64,000 nucleotides of DNA. Origin: Octopus sinensis. Lineage: Eukaryota. Below, one piece after another: positions 13,965 to 27,456 of the stretch (its first letter is position 1; each line of letters begins with the position of its first letter). The DNA is taken from positions 90,148,001 to 90,212,000 of the forward strand of contig NC_042998.1 in NCBI RefSeq assembly GCF_006345805.1, read 5' to 3'. The position numbers and the translations under genes are program-made. Below the pieces are notes generated by a model. The model searched no databases and was not told the DNA's origin. It saw only the letters and a list, made by a program, of their open reading frames with translations.

Positions 13965-14190
13965 ATATATATATAATTAACTATAAAAACAAAACGGAGA
14001 AAAAAGACAAGAAAAACAACGCGAGGAGATGGTCCATGCAAAGTATTAATAAGATGCTCAGGGAAGGGAAGACAGGGTGTCTTACGTTTCGAGTCAAGCA
14101 CTTCATCAGAAACAGGAGACAGAGAAAAGTCTAGAAGAAAGGGAAGACGGAGGAAACAAATCGACAACAATCCACATGTTGCTACATTTT
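13965..14190 (-). mobile_element. Solo PLE pLTR fragment
   Basis: Hammerhead followed by a pyrimidine-rich tail ending at (TA)n; (TA)n also at the other end. Confidence 0.6.
14078..14114 (-). ncRNA. Minimal type I hammerhead ribozyme motif (PLE pLTR, second family)
   Basis: Minus strand reads UGUUU-CUGAUGA-AGUgcuugACU-C-GAAA-CGU-A-AGACA. 5-bp stem I, intact core, weak stem II, ACGU palindromic stem III. Confidence 0.65.
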
Positions 14191-14202
14191 GGAATATATA
14201 TA

Positions 14203-14244
<42 letters not shown>

Positions 14245-14256
<12 letters not shown>

Positions 14257-14600
14257 CTGAGAATGTGTCTGTCTGTCTGTGGGAATCCCTAAAACTTGAG
14301 AACTACACAACCAATTTCATTCAAATTTTACACATGCCATGTAGTGTCATGGGCAAAAAAAGTTTTAACTTCTTGCCTAGGGCGAGCCCACAGCAATATC
14401 ATATCTTCACTATTTCAGTATTACGTGTTAAAAGTGAAACAAAAACATCTCATTGTAATGTCAGATACTTTCACTTTAATACTGAAACTATTAAAGTCAA
14501 ACTATTATATAACCGGGATGAACCATTAACAGTGGACATCCATTTTGCTAGAAGAAGATCCGCTATAGTCTTATATGCTACACCACTGGTTTTCAATTCA
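14245..14600 (+). mobile_element. Possible non-autonomous Helitron 5' fragment
   Basis: atata-actgagaatgtgtctgtctgt...actacacaaccaatttcattcaaattttacac resembles Helitron 5' ends. No clear 3' hairpin-CTAG. Confidence 0.3.
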
Positions 14601-14652
14601 TATTAATCAAATTAATATTCAATTTTTCACCCTTATTATTTTAAATTTAAAG

Positions 14653-14810
14653 TGTTCAAGAGGATTCGGAAAGAGTTGGCTGAGTCTAATGGTGATTACA
14701 AAGGTACGGCAGCTCTGAAAACTCACTCTGGTCGTTCTGATGAGAAAAGAACTCCTGGATTTGTTGGTGAAATTCAGGCCATGATTTACAACGATCCCAT
14801 AAACAGATCA
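14653..14810 (+). mobile_element. Mariner-type transposase N-terminal fragment
   Basis: VQRIRKELAESNGDYKGTAALKTHSGRSDEKRTPGFVGEIQAMIYNDP resembles the HTH-region of octopus mariner elements as I recall them. Confidence 0.55.
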
Positions 14811-15700
14811 AAATAGAAGACTGACAAGCAAAGCATTTGGCGTTACTTGAGGATATTTATTCAAATCATAGAGTACAAATAAATTATAAAATATATATAA
14901 AGCATAGAGCAGTTATAGTAGATAAGCAGTTTTTAGAATACCCGAGCAAATGGGTCATGCGAATGTGTATCAAATTCACGTAATCCAAGTATTGCGTCAT
15001 CGGAGAGGTCGAGGTAAAGCGGTATAGAAAGACAGATCCTTAATTGAGGATATTATTAGTCATCAGTTTGAATGAAAGGCAACTATATTAGGTAATTTCA
15101 TAATTAAAGGATTAAAGGAAAACTCCTCCGGTTACTCAACAACCCGTATATGTATAGCAATATTTGTGTCTGAATGCACGTATTTGTATGTATGCAAACA
15201 TTCATACATTCTTACATACATGCATGCAAACATGCATGTATACACACATGCATGAATACATACGAATGTATCTGAATTTGAGCAATTAAAAATCAAATTT
15301 GTCCAATATGATGTAAAAATTTATCACAATTTGTTTGTTTGTAATGTACAGTATGTTCTTCAATATTTGTCCCACATTAATGTTTCAATCTTCTTGGCCA
15401 TTTAAATATATCCCTCATATTCCTTGGTCATACGTGTGAATATGCACATATATACACACTCACATATATACGTACCTCCGAGTGTACATGTCCGTTTATG
15501 CGTGTGCGTGTGTGTCTAGGTGTGTATCGCCATCACAGTTTCTAATTTACCATATATGATGAGTCAGATGGTGTTATGTTGGATGTATCATGTTTGGTAA
15601 TATTATTCACATTAATAAAGAGACAATCTTGAAAATGTTGTGTTGTGTTTCTCATATTCCATAGGTTGCTTCCGGATTCTAAATCGTCACACGCAAAATC

Positions 15701-15780
15701 ATGTATACGACAGGAAATGTTGCGTCTTGTTTTGTTTTGTTTTGTTTTTCTTCTTGTTTTTCTCGTGCCAAGATTATCTC
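15701..15780 (+). CDS. Candidate signal-peptide exon of the EGFL7/8-like gene (unproven)
   Basis: Acceptor ccatag at 15664 and aaaatcATG context. Translates MYTTGNVASCFVLFCFSSCFSRAKII and ends in phase 2 as required by exon 26047, but the donor (TC|gtcaga) is weak. Confidence 0.25.
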
Positions 15781-17448
15781 GTCAGAAATAAACTCAAATA
15801 ATTAACAAGTAGTGTGAGGTCCATCATACTTTGGGATTTACAGAATTCTTTATTGGTAGTTCTCCATTTGGCTTTTCATTTTTCTTCAATCAATTCTCAT
15901 TTCATTTATGACTTAGAAATAAATCAACTCTTTATTCGTGTTAAAAAAGGGGATTCCATTTCCAACTCTTTGATCATCAAACTACTTCGCCACTCCACCA
16001 TATATTCTCTCTTCCTCTCTCTCTCTCTCTCCATCTTTCCTCCATTCATACTACATCCATACATGCATTTGCATATACTCTCGTCATTCACTCTTTAACC
16101 ACTCTCATTCTTTCATATTTATTCTGTTAATTGGTCAACAGGAAAAGGTGTGTGTGTATTATACCAATGTTGGTATTATAGGATACTAACAAATGACTCC
16201 AACGTCATAGAATTGTATCGTTATTTACTTGCCTGTCACTGCTCTTAAAAACATTATGTTACTGCTTTTCTTAAGATACAGGACAAACTCAAGATGAGTA
16301 TATTACATATAAGCGGCCAATTGGCAGAGTCATGAGTTTGGGACAGATTGCTCTGCGGTAATCATTCCATCTCTCTGCACTCTGGGTTCAAATCCCTCTG
16401 AGGCAAACTTTGCCTTTCATTCTTTAAGATGGATAAAGTACCTGTACTGTATTAGGGTAGATAACTCTCTTTCTTTAACACTTTCTCCTTGATTCCTTTT
16501 CTTCTGGAAGAAATCGATTGTAATTATACCTAGAGAAGGATAGGATCCGCATGGCTAAAATACCCAAAACACGCCGCATGTCCCAAGAATGCCGCTGCGG
16601 CTCCACGCCGCATCCCACAGAGGCGTTCCTGCGACTCTGTCAAAGAGTTAAAGGCCCATACTATGTTATGACTTATTACATATACGTATTTAATCACTTA
16701 TAGAGGGGTGGAATTTGAACTTAGGAATGTCAAAGGATTAAATTAAAGAAATACATTATGGTGCTTCTCTGTTTCTGCCAAATCCTTGTAGCTAAAATGC
16801 ATGACAGAATAAAAGAGTTCACTATTAACTTAGTTCCGGGTATAACATTTACCACAACTGGCGTGCTCATTTGAAATTCCCATTAATATATACACGAGAA
16901 CTCTGTTTTGAGATGGGTCCCATAATCAACTGCATCTTATGGATGCTAGTTGAAGAAGAGGACATGTCAACTTGGCGGAGTTCTTTCTTCGTAAAACAAT
17001 ACTTGCGAAGCTTATATAGAATTGTTAGCTAATGAAACACTATACTTTTCTTGGTAGCTGTTTACAGCTCAGTAAACTTATCGTAGTTTTAAGACACAAT
17101 GCAGCAATGACATTAGTACATGAAGTGGTATATGAGACTTCGACCAGAAGATAGATACCGCAATAACTAATAGTTTGAATCTTAATTTGTTTAATTGAAA
17201 TTTCTAATTAACAAAGAACATATAAATAATCACAAGAAAGCACATACATGCCATAAGCATATACAAACGCGAGCACATACGCATGCACAAATATATCAGG
17301 ACGAGTTAACGAAGGATACTCTTTATAACCGCCAGCTAAATATCCTGCAAAGTACACAGGAAGAACACATTAAAAGCTGTAGTGCTAGATACGCAATGAC
17401 TAGAATAAACACGAATTAGTGTTTGTGTGTGTCTATATATATATATTT

Positions 17449-17480
<32 letters not shown>

Positions 17481-17517
17481 TGTATGTATGTTATGTATGT
17501 ATGTATGTATGTATGTA

Positions 17518-17581
<64 letters not shown>

Positions 17582-17689
17582 TATATATATATATATATAT
17601 ACATACATATATACATGCACTGTATATATGTGTGGAGTGTATACATTTCATCATATTGAACCATTAATCCCTACACATTTTTTCTTTCT

Positions 17690-17918
17690 CCATTTCTTTT
17701 CGTTCTCTCTCCGTTTCTTTTCTTCTCTCCACCCTTGCCCTCGAAGAGTGTAGACTCAAAACGTCAAAGACTTTTCCATTCTTCCAGAGAGTTAAACTAA
17801 TACATCCGCTTGTAGTTTCTTCACCTTTCTTCGCCTTTTGTTTTCGGTAAATTTAAATTATATATATATAAATAATTCAAATTTACCGAAAACAAAAGAC
17901 GAAGACAGGTGAAGAAAC
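17690..17918 (+). mobile_element. PLE pLTR fragment with decayed hammerhead and inverted 3'-end copy
   Basis: ctcgaa-GAGT-gtag-ACTC-aaaa-cgtc (stem II intact, core broken). 47-bp inverted arms at 17815-17861 and 17872-17918 flank a TA spacer. A related tail lies at 53270-53365. Confidence 0.55.
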
Positions 17919-18039
17919 AGTATATATCATATAATATATGTATACATATACATGCAAATGCACGTACGTGTGTGTGTTTGTGTGTATTTATTTGTGCATG
18001 TATATAGCTGTTGTGGTTAATGTGTTGCACTTATATTAA

Positions 18040-18240
18040 GATTGTAGCCTCAGTTCCCGGACTGGGCGATGCGTATTGTATCCTGGAGCAAGACATTTCA
18101 TTTCACGTTGCTCCAATCCACTCAGGTGGCAAAAATGAGAAATACTACGACTGACCGGTATCCCGTCCATTGGAGAGTATATATGCAACAGAATCAAGGA
18201 AACCGACCGTATGAGCCTTTGGCTTGGAAAAGCCATTATG
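18040..18240 (+). mobile_element. Degenerate tRNA-derived SINE with gagcaagaca-ttt-atttcacgttgctccaatccactcag core
   Basis: Related degenerate copies at about 10895-11150 (+) and about 42340-42520 (-). Confidence 0.55.
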
Positions 18241-18243
18241 ACT

Positions 18244-18328
<85 letters not shown>

Positions 18329-19431
18329 GTATATACACATATATATATACATATATTTCTACACTCGACTAACAAAATTTCGAACAATCTTTCGGGGATC
18401 GTCACTAGATTCATCTCAACTATAATTTAATTTGTGAAAGACTAGGTACACAACAACCACTTGTCACTCTTACCAACAGAAACGCAAGGGACCAATTTTT
18501 GGTACTGGAAACATACAATCAACGATACATTTGTTCACAAACGTATGACAGTATACAATGATCTAATTGGAGTATGCATTTTGGTCTAGAGAAAGGGCTT
18601 CTGCCCATGACCTGCGAAGGGCTTTCCAAGACTAGTGAGATACCCGCAGATGACGTTCCTCTTAAACAATTGCTAGTTCATAACTGCAGGAAAAATTACT
18701 TATGGAAGGAATTCCAAAGGGCTGCCTTTAGTTTTCTATTACCGTTTAAATCACTGATTCTTTTTTACTTTTACATAGATGTTGAGAACTAAAAAGAAAA
18801 AAAAGGAACTTTTTTAGATAGAAAATTTTACAAAACTTTGAACCAAATATATGAAAAATTTGGATGGAATCGAATGAATGTGCCTCACTTACTAACGCTC
18901 CTGGCCATTGATCAGCCATTATAAATCACTGTTACTAGCAAAATAATTTTCTCCTTAAAAGTTTAGAATTGTCTCTGCTTCCTTTTCTGTTTTCTGGTGA
19001 CTGCAGTATTAATCTATGTTAGGCAACTACTTCAACAAACACTTATGCAGTTAACTCGACCTAAAGAACGCTCCCGAAATTTACACGACCAAGTTAGTTG
19101 TCAACCACTAAAACACCTACACATCTCTTAGGAGTGAATATAAACATAGTGAATGAAATGTTTCTTCTGGTATAAGATATAACACAGGAACATCTGTTTA
19201 CGTACGTTGACATAAACATACTTCCAAACTACTTCAAATCTCAAGATTACTTCGTATTACTTACAGAAACTTCGAATATATACTTGGTACATACACACAG
19301 ATAATACAGGTTGTGACTAGAGGAAATATTCTGCATACAGCAATTCTTTTAAGCAATTTCAATTAATGTTAATACATGTGTCAAATATTAATACACACAC
19401 ATGCATACATACATACGTACATGCATATATC

Positions 19432-19469
<38 letters not shown>

Positions 19470-19495
19470 TGTGTGTGTGTGTGTGTGTGTGTGTC

Positions 19496-19546
<51 letters not shown>

Positions 19547-19616
19547 CAATAAGCAACAGTACAATCGTTCAAGCGACTCTATTTAATTGAACAATGCATA
19601 AAAGAATGTATATATA

Positions 19617-19647
<31 letters not shown>

Positions 19648-20148
19648 CTCTTTTATTCTTTTAGTTGTTTCAGTCATTTGACTGCGGACATGCTGGAGCA
19701 AGGCCTTAACGGGTTTTTAGTCGAAAAAATCAACCCCAGGACTTATTCTTTGTAACCCTAGTACTTATTCTATCAGTTACTTATGTCGAACTGCTAAGTT
19801 ACAGGCGTATGAACACACCAGCATCTATAGTCAAGCGATAGCGTGGAGACAAACACAGACACACACACACATACACACACGCGCATATATATATATACAA
19901 ATATATACTACAGCCTTCCTTCAGTTCCCGTCTACAAAATCCACTCACAAGGCTTTGGTCGGCATATTATATATATATATGTCTGTGTGTGTTTGTGTGG
20001 GTACATGTGTGTGTTTGTGTGTGTGTATGTGTATATGCATATATGTATATGCTTGCACTCACACACGCGCAGACATGTAAGTAGATACAAAGAATGTATT
20101 TTAAAACAGGTCTCCTGTTCACCATAATTCTTATTAGAATTTAGTCTC

Positions 20149-20248
<100 letters not shown>

Positions 20249-21064
20249 GGACGGACAAAGAGACCGACAGACAGATAGGGAAAGGAAGTGGGGTTGATGT
20301 CCATTAAGCTTTCTACTTCAGTACATATATACATATGTACATGAGATTTCATTTGCAAAACTCAGTGATTCACAAACTCACAGACACGCGCCTTTGTGTG
20401 TGAGTGTGTGTGTGTGTGCGTGTGTGTGTGCTTGTGTGTGTGTGCGTTTGTGTATGTGTGTGTGTAAATGCATGTTTCTGTGTGTGTGTGTATGTGCGTG
20501 CTGGTTTAAGTTAGAATTCATTCAACTATTGTAACCATGTCATCAAAACTATTTCAGTTCAGATCCAGTTTCAACTTCGGAGTATTTAAGGTTAGGTAAC
20601 CCTAACCTGTAACCTGTTAGTGTTACAGTTCTCTTTATTGTTACATTCCAACAGCTCCTTTGTTTTCCTCTGGGTTGGACTGTTTAATCTAGACATTCTT
20701 TCAGTCAATAGGAGGAAGTGTTCAAATGATGTATAAAAAAAGGAAATAAATAATTTTAATTTATTTCTTAATTTCTCTCTTTGCGTTATTTCAAATACTT
20801 TTAAAAATATCTTACTTCAACGGTCGTTGCGTAAATAAATGATCTCTTTTCGACACTGTGACGTCACGTCCATCCTACCAAAGATTTAATCATGAAAAGC
20901 AGCTGAAAGTATAGGCGTATTATATTATAGAATTACAAAGTTAACCGTTTCAGGAACCATTCTTTGGATTTAGATCTTTTGGTTACATTAAATTCTAGAC
21001 ATGAAGGATTCCATGATAGTCAAGCGAATGCATGTTTACCTATGTCTTAATAATTGTTTCTAAT

Positions 21065-21480
21065 ATAGGCACAAGACCTGAAGATTTATTGGTAGGGTGA
21101 TTAATCGAGTTAACAAACTCAGTATTTCACTTGTACTTTATTTTATCTACCCCGAAAGAAAGAAAGGAAAAGTCGACTTCAATAGGATTTGAACTTAAAA
21201 CGCAAAAACAAAAAACAGAAGAAATGTGATAAGGCGTTTTGTTCGAAGCTCTAATGATTATATCAATTTGTTGTTCTCAGCCATTTTTTAATAATCCCTT
21301 TTACTATAAACATAAGGCTTGAAATTTTAGTAGAGGGAGCTAGTCGGCTACATTGATCTCGGTTCTCAAGTGGCACTTATTTTATGAACCCCGAAAGGAT
21401 GTAAGGAAAAGTCGATCTCGGCAGAAGTTGAATTCAGAATGTAAACACGTACAAAATACTGCCAATCATTTTGTCCAGCG
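21065..21480 (-). mobile_element. Two degenerate SINE family A copies
   Basis: Reverse-strand cccgaaag-gatg-aaagg-aaagtcga body seen twice. Confidence 0.7.
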
Positions 21481-21489
21481 TTTTGTCCC

Positions 21490-21760
21490 AGTTTCTAAGT
21501 AAAATCGTCGGTTGGATACGAAATCCGACTAATGGTAACCCATAATCCAGCGAAGCGTCCTGGTACCAGAGGAGTTCAGCCACCTCCTAAGGGTCCCGGA
21601 TAGAGTCTCACAGCTATAGAGCAGGACATGATGGACCAGAGACCTAGAGACCCAAACCTTTCTCCTCCGGCTCAGATATCAGCAGCGCCAAACACCTTTA
21701 TCCAATGAGTCCACAAATGCACCAACTCGTCCCAATCGTTAAAGGCGACTAAAAGAGAAT
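21490..21760 (-). mobile_element. RTE-clade LINE reverse transcriptase C-terminal fragment
   Basis: Minus strand gives GRVGAFVDSLDKGVWRC.YLSRRRKVWVSRSL..VLLYSCET..LRRWLNSSGTRTLRWIMGY..SDFVSN. Confidence 0.75.
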
Positions 21761-22329
21761 GATGACTAAAAAAGGAAGGATATGCACTCCAACTTCGCAA
21801 AACCTTCACCAGCAACAACCCCTTGTACAAACCCCAAAAGCTCTCTCATTCAGGGAAGTACCTCAACTGCTTCTAAGACTCGTTGTATGAAGCAACAGGT
21901 GCAGAGCCATCAGGATCCCCATTCACAGAACGGAGAAAATCCTAGAGATTAGAAGCTTGTCGCCTGAGTGGTGCAAAGGTATCGTCCGTCAGGAGTGAGA
22001 AATCTCAGTTCAACCCAGAGGCCTACTTGATTGGGGGCCTGGAATGTTCCCTCTCTGAGAGATGATTCTCGTCTACTCCTGCTGTCTTTGGAACTCAGCC
22101 GTGTGTGAGTTCCTATAGTGGCCCTATCAGAAGTGCATCTGCCAGGGAGGGGTGACATCTCAACTGGTGGTTGCCCCTACTTCTTGTCTGGGCGCCCTGA
22201 TGGCTGGCATGCCGGTTGGGTATCAGTTGCGGTGGCCAACTAACTGGTTCCAATAGTAGTATATGTAACACCTGTAAAGGAGCGTATTACGTGGCAGAGG
22301 ATTCGACATACTCTGGGTGTCATTTTTTT

Positions 22330-22640
22330 GGCTGCGGTGTCTGCTCCGATTGCTATGAGTAACGGGCCGTTGAGGAAGACATTCTACACCCATCTGTACT
22401 TTGTCGTGGAGACATTCCCTAACAAGGATACGTCGTTGATCGTGGGAGATTTCAACGCATCAACTGGGGTTGACAGAACTGGATAAGATAGCGTTGGCGG
22501 CCCTTTTGGACCCGATGCTAGGAACGTCATGGACTTCGCATTGCTGACTCCTGGTACCAACATCCTGAGCTGGATAGCTGGACTTGGTATTCTAATACTG
22601 GCTGTGTGACAAATATGTGGTCGATCTCTTACTGATAAAA
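22330..22640 (+). mobile_element. RTE-clade LINE AP-endonuclease fragment
   Basis: LIVGDFNASTGVDRTG...GPFGP and WYQHPELDSWTWYSNTG motifs. Confidence 0.75.
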
Positions 22641-23706
22641 TAAGTAGTGAGCTTTTAAAAAAATACTGAGGTCTATTTGTTTCACCGAAAAACTTGCAAG
22701 GAATTGCCACGCTATGACCGCAGTCCAGTAACTGGAACGAGCAAAGTAATAAAAGAATGCATGTCAGTATCTGATCTTGTCTACATTAGAGCCGCTTTTA
22801 CGAAAGGTGACTCCAATGTAGATGTGATCAAGGTGTAATGGTTTCTCTGGTCTACATATCAGTGATGGAATTCCTGAAGTATTTATTTCTGAAATGTATG
22901 TGGGTGCAAAAAGCATGTGGAAACGATTTGTCGCAGTTTCTGTATCAGTCACTTTCAATACATACCACACCCTAAATCTACATCGTTCTCGTTTCTGTAA
23001 AGAATAACAAGAGACTAGTCTCAAAACAAAAATAATCGCAGTTCATGTTAATCACAATGAAGTTATTTTCCCGGCATACCTCATCATATGTACTCCTTTA
23101 GTATTGCGAAAAGTTCATTAACAATATCAATCGTTAATTTCCAAACTTCAAGCTAAAGCAAGGGTCTATGCAATCGCTCGACCAGCTTGAAAGAAATAGC
23201 TACCAGATCTCCCTCAAATCATACACAGCCGACTTAAGAAAGATACATTGGATAATGTAGTTGTAGCTACTCTATATGCGAATAAAAGAGCACCTTTGAT
23301 CCTATGCCTACTCGATCAACATTGATCTGAAACTAACAGCAATACCGACCTGATACAAAGCAAAATCATTTCAAGTTCAACTTGGCCTTCTATCCCTCAG
23401 GGGTCGATAAAATAAGCAACGAGTCAGTCAAGTACTTATGTCGATAGTATGGACTAAACCTTCTCTTAAAATTTCAAGCTTTGTGCCTATATTAGAAGCA
23501 ATTATTATTTATCAACTAATTAACCTATAAATCATTTAATTGATTGCGTAATTAACCGTTCGATCAGTGAGTCAGCTGATTTGCCATAGTTCTTTTATCA
23601 CCATTCGCGACCTCATCTAGAAACAAAATTCGTGTAACGAGCGCATGGACTAGTTAATTGGTTAACTAGTATGATGATGATGATGACGATGATGATGATG
23701 ATGATG

Positions 23707-23764
<58 letters not shown>

Positions 23765-24019
23765 GGCTACTCAACCTGAAGAAAATTCTAACTGGGCCCC
23801 ACCTGCAAGGTCATGTGCTGTTTATCTTGATATGAGATCACTATGTCGCGCACATTTGGTTGTGATGCATGTGCCTGGTGTACCCTTATCAGACGGGTAG
23901 TCATGATGGGTATATTGGGCTTCGTATATTTTACCCCAGTGTCACTTTGATGGCATGAACTGCTCTCTCACTCAATAATAATAATAATAATAATAATAAT
24001 GATGATGATGATGAGTTCA

Positions 24020-24215
24020 AATTTTTGCTACTGGAGCAGATTGGGGGAGGGGATTAAGTCGTTTACATCGACCCCAGTGTGTAATTGGTACTTATTTAAT
24101 CGACCTCGAAAGGATGGAAGGCAAAGTCAACCATGGCGGAATTCAGATCGTAGCAACAGACGAAATATCGCTAAGCATTTCTTTCAGCGTACTAACGATT
24201 CTGCCAGCTCGCCGA
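24020..24215 (-). mobile_element. SINE family A
   Basis: Ends ctgccagctcgcc, the reverse complement of the head. Confidence 0.8.
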
Positions 24216-24239
24216 CTTAATAACAATAATTATTATTAA

Positions 24240-24776
24240 CCCTGATGCAGTACCAGGCACTGGCTCTCATGGCTTCTGATCTTAACTGACTGGAAGTGTT
24301 GTTATATACATGTTTTGCTTTGGTATAAAAGATGGGCTACAGCAAATATTCTGCTCATTTGTCAGTTGTTTGACCTTAAAAAGTTGAGCATGTCTCTTGA
24401 TGGCTGACGATATGTGCATCTCAGATCACGAGCAGAAGTAGTGAGAGAACACCATAGCTATGTACTGAGCGGAATTCTTTGGCGTTTGAATGACACACCT
24501 CTGGAAACATGGGTGTTTCGTTCAACTTCTTTAAGCAAACCTTATTCAGAGACATATTCAGCGCGATGGGTTACTCGACCTGAAGAAAATTCTAACTGGG
24601 CCCCATCTGCAAGGTCATGCACTGCTAATCTTGATATGATATCACCATCTTGCGCGCATATGGCTGTGATGCATGTGTCTGGTATACCCTTATCAGACGA
24701 GTAATGGTGAGTATACTGGACTTTGTATATTTTACCCCAGTGTCACTTTGATGTCATGCACTGCTGTCTCACTCAA
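24240..24776 (+). mobile_element. About 540-bp non-coding repeat (family C) flanked by (TAA)n
   Basis: Near full-length copy (ccctgatgcagtaccagg...ctctcactca-ataata). Other copies at 23765-23974 (+, 3' part), 49741-50123 (+, 5' part) and 60927-61446 (-), all abutting (TAA)n. Confidence 0.8.
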
Positions 24777-24778
24777 TC

Positions 24779-24826
<48 letters not shown>

Positions 24827-25291
24827 TAATAATAATAAAATTTGAGTGTTTAACATCAGGCTTAAAATCTTCAGCATATTAAAAGAAAATCAAGAAGCCA
24901 GCTTGTATAAGACTAAAGATGAATCGTTGATATATTCGATCTAAAAATATTTATTGAAATGCTAAAAAAGAAATAGCTGAGCCACATCGGAACCACATCG
25001 GAACCAGAAAAAAGTTCAACAAACAATAAACATTAATGTGAAACATGACAAGAAAAATATCAAAGCAAAAATGCTAATTCCTAAACAAAAAAGCTTGTGA
25101 AGAGATACATACTATAAGGACTTGTTCTGCTGCATGTAATCAAGAAGTGTGTGTATATTTTGTGTTTGTATATCAGTTCATTTACGCATTTATTTGTACG
25201 GGAGGACTAATTATTTTAATGATTATATATCCATAAGTCCTTTTATTTCTTTACGATGATCACAAGTTCAGCGAGGACGATAGAAAATATA

Positions 25292-25335
<44 letters not shown>

Positions 25336-26046
25336 GCGTGCAGGTGGGTGTATGCATGTGAGTGTGTGCGTGTGTGTTTGTGTGAGTGTGATGTGTATCT
25401 GTATGTGTGTGCGTGCGCGCACACGCGAAAGTAAGGGTTAGTGAATTGGGAATTTCATTACTGAATCACCTAGCATTAAAACAGCAAAGGGAAAGCAAGC
25501 GTTAGAAAACGATGTCAAAAATGCTCTATTTTATCAGGTGAAATACTCTAAAAGACTCAGAAATTGCCGGACACACCAAAAGAATAAAAAGCCCACTTGA
25601 TGGGAAAAGACCACTAAAACGCTCTTGTGATTTCCTTTCTAAGTTTACTTTGAGTATGGGATCGCTGCTAAACAGATTTCTTCAGAATAAAATCACGTAT
25701 ACACACTAAGGTATGCAATTGAACACATACCTTTATACAATATATCAAAGAGCAATATTCATGAACATGTGTGTATGAGAAATACGGATGATGGATCGTG
25801 CTACATGTTCGTTCCAAGCTTACATCCGCTGCAGACATCTCTCTTAAACGTTTAAACAAGTAGATCAAGATTAAAGCTATAAAACTATCGTATGGTTCAT
25901 CACAATGCCTATATCCAGTGATGTTTTTATTTTATTTTATTTTTGATATATAATTGAGTTATTTGAAAGTTTTGTATCCACTAATATTTTTGCCATTCAT
26001 CATAGAAACTTTTCATTAAAATTTTCTCATTTGTTTCATTTTTCAG

Positions 26047-26172
26047 TCGCCATGTTTGTATAGAAGAACGACGAGTGTCTGTTCCTCGAGAGCACACTGA
26101 AACCTATTACCGACCTGTTTACAAGCGGCAAGTAGAAGTCTGCGAAGGATTTAAACTCTGCTCAACCCTCAG
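26047..26172 (+). CDS. EGFL7/8: EGFL7/EGFL8-like protein, internal exon (EMI domain, N-terminal half)
   Basis: ttttcag acceptor and AG|gtagct donor, phase 2-2. Translates RHVCIEERRVSVPREHTETYYRPVYKRQVEVCEGFKLCSTLR, matching the EGFL7/8 EMI pattern (RxVC...ES/T...xPVY...CEGxxxCSTxR). Confidence 0.92.
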
Positions 26173-27400
26173 GTAGCTGAAACTCTTTCAATATTTATAG
26201 ATTTTGCTTGCCAATTGTTTGTAATTACACGTATCAGCCATCAATAGATAGGATAAACTATCACTTAATCCCTATTCTATTACGGTCTTCACGATATATA
26301 GAACAAAACGAGAGGAAACATCTTACACACAGCTATATACATACACAAACACACATACTGAACACATACACTCATACGTACTCGTATTTATATATACATC
26401 TATGCATATGCATAGAAATACGTGTGTGTGTGTGAATGTGTTATCCTTTACTTAGAAAAGGGAATACCGCTTGGTTTCAGAAAGTCAGAAAGGACAAGCA
26501 TAGAGAAACTGACTAAAAGGAAAGAAAGGGAAAAATTGAAAGAATATATGTATGTATGTGTGTATGCATGCACGCATGCATGTATACATGTATGCATGCA
26601 TGTATGTATGTATGTGTGTATGTACAATTCATAAGAGTTACTTGAGCGATGATATTTTGAAAACAAGAGTTTAATATCTAATTCATACATATTTGTGTGT
26701 GTGCGCGTATGTGTGTGTGTGTGTGTGTGTGTGCGTGTGTGTGTGTGTGTGTGTGGTGTGTGTGTGTGTGGTGTGTGTGTGTGTGTGTGATATTGATAAC
26801 ATGAATATAATTTTCGACAAAAATTTTGTTTTATTTTCATTAAAATACCAACGACTTCAGAACAAGACATCCCGTTACAGTTCACCTGCATTTAGCATCT
26901 CTGACTGCTACTCTATTTGTTGCATTAGTTTCCCCCTGCCAGCAAATATAAAAGACCAACACAACGCTGAGTAAAGATGCTGTTATAATAAAAGGGTTAA
27001 AGCGCCGTTGGCTAATTTAGAAAGCTATTTCATTACGCATTATGAAACAAATGCAAAAACAAAATAAAGTTGTTATAGTTCGTTGAGAGTTGTTCTGCAT
27101 TGGTTACAGTTGTTTGCAGAGTATTTGGGAATGCATCAAGTGGAGACAATTTGTATCTATCCTATTCCGTGGTACTATATCACACTGCATTAGTGCACGA
27201 CACTAAGGTGGCATATACGGAAACCACGTTATAAAAATACATACAAAGACACGTAGCGAATTATATATATTGATATAGCATAGCTTATACTCAGCAGGCT
27301 AACTTCGCCCGTGATACGATGGTTAGTTTCACGTCGTGCTGAATATAGGAGTGGAGTATGGAACTGATTAACAAGCTCAAATTATTCGACAGAGAGAGAG

Positions 27401-27456
<56 letters not shown>

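Noticed and set aside
24240-24300. Faint U2 snRNA similarity at the family C end (tgcagtacc; atcagttaagatc)
   Set aside because: The matches are short, lie on opposite strands and are in the wrong order.
25512-25537. ATG micro-exon MSKMLYFI with a phase-2 donor as first EGFL7/8 exon
   Set aside because: It is too short to give a signal peptide for a secreted protein.
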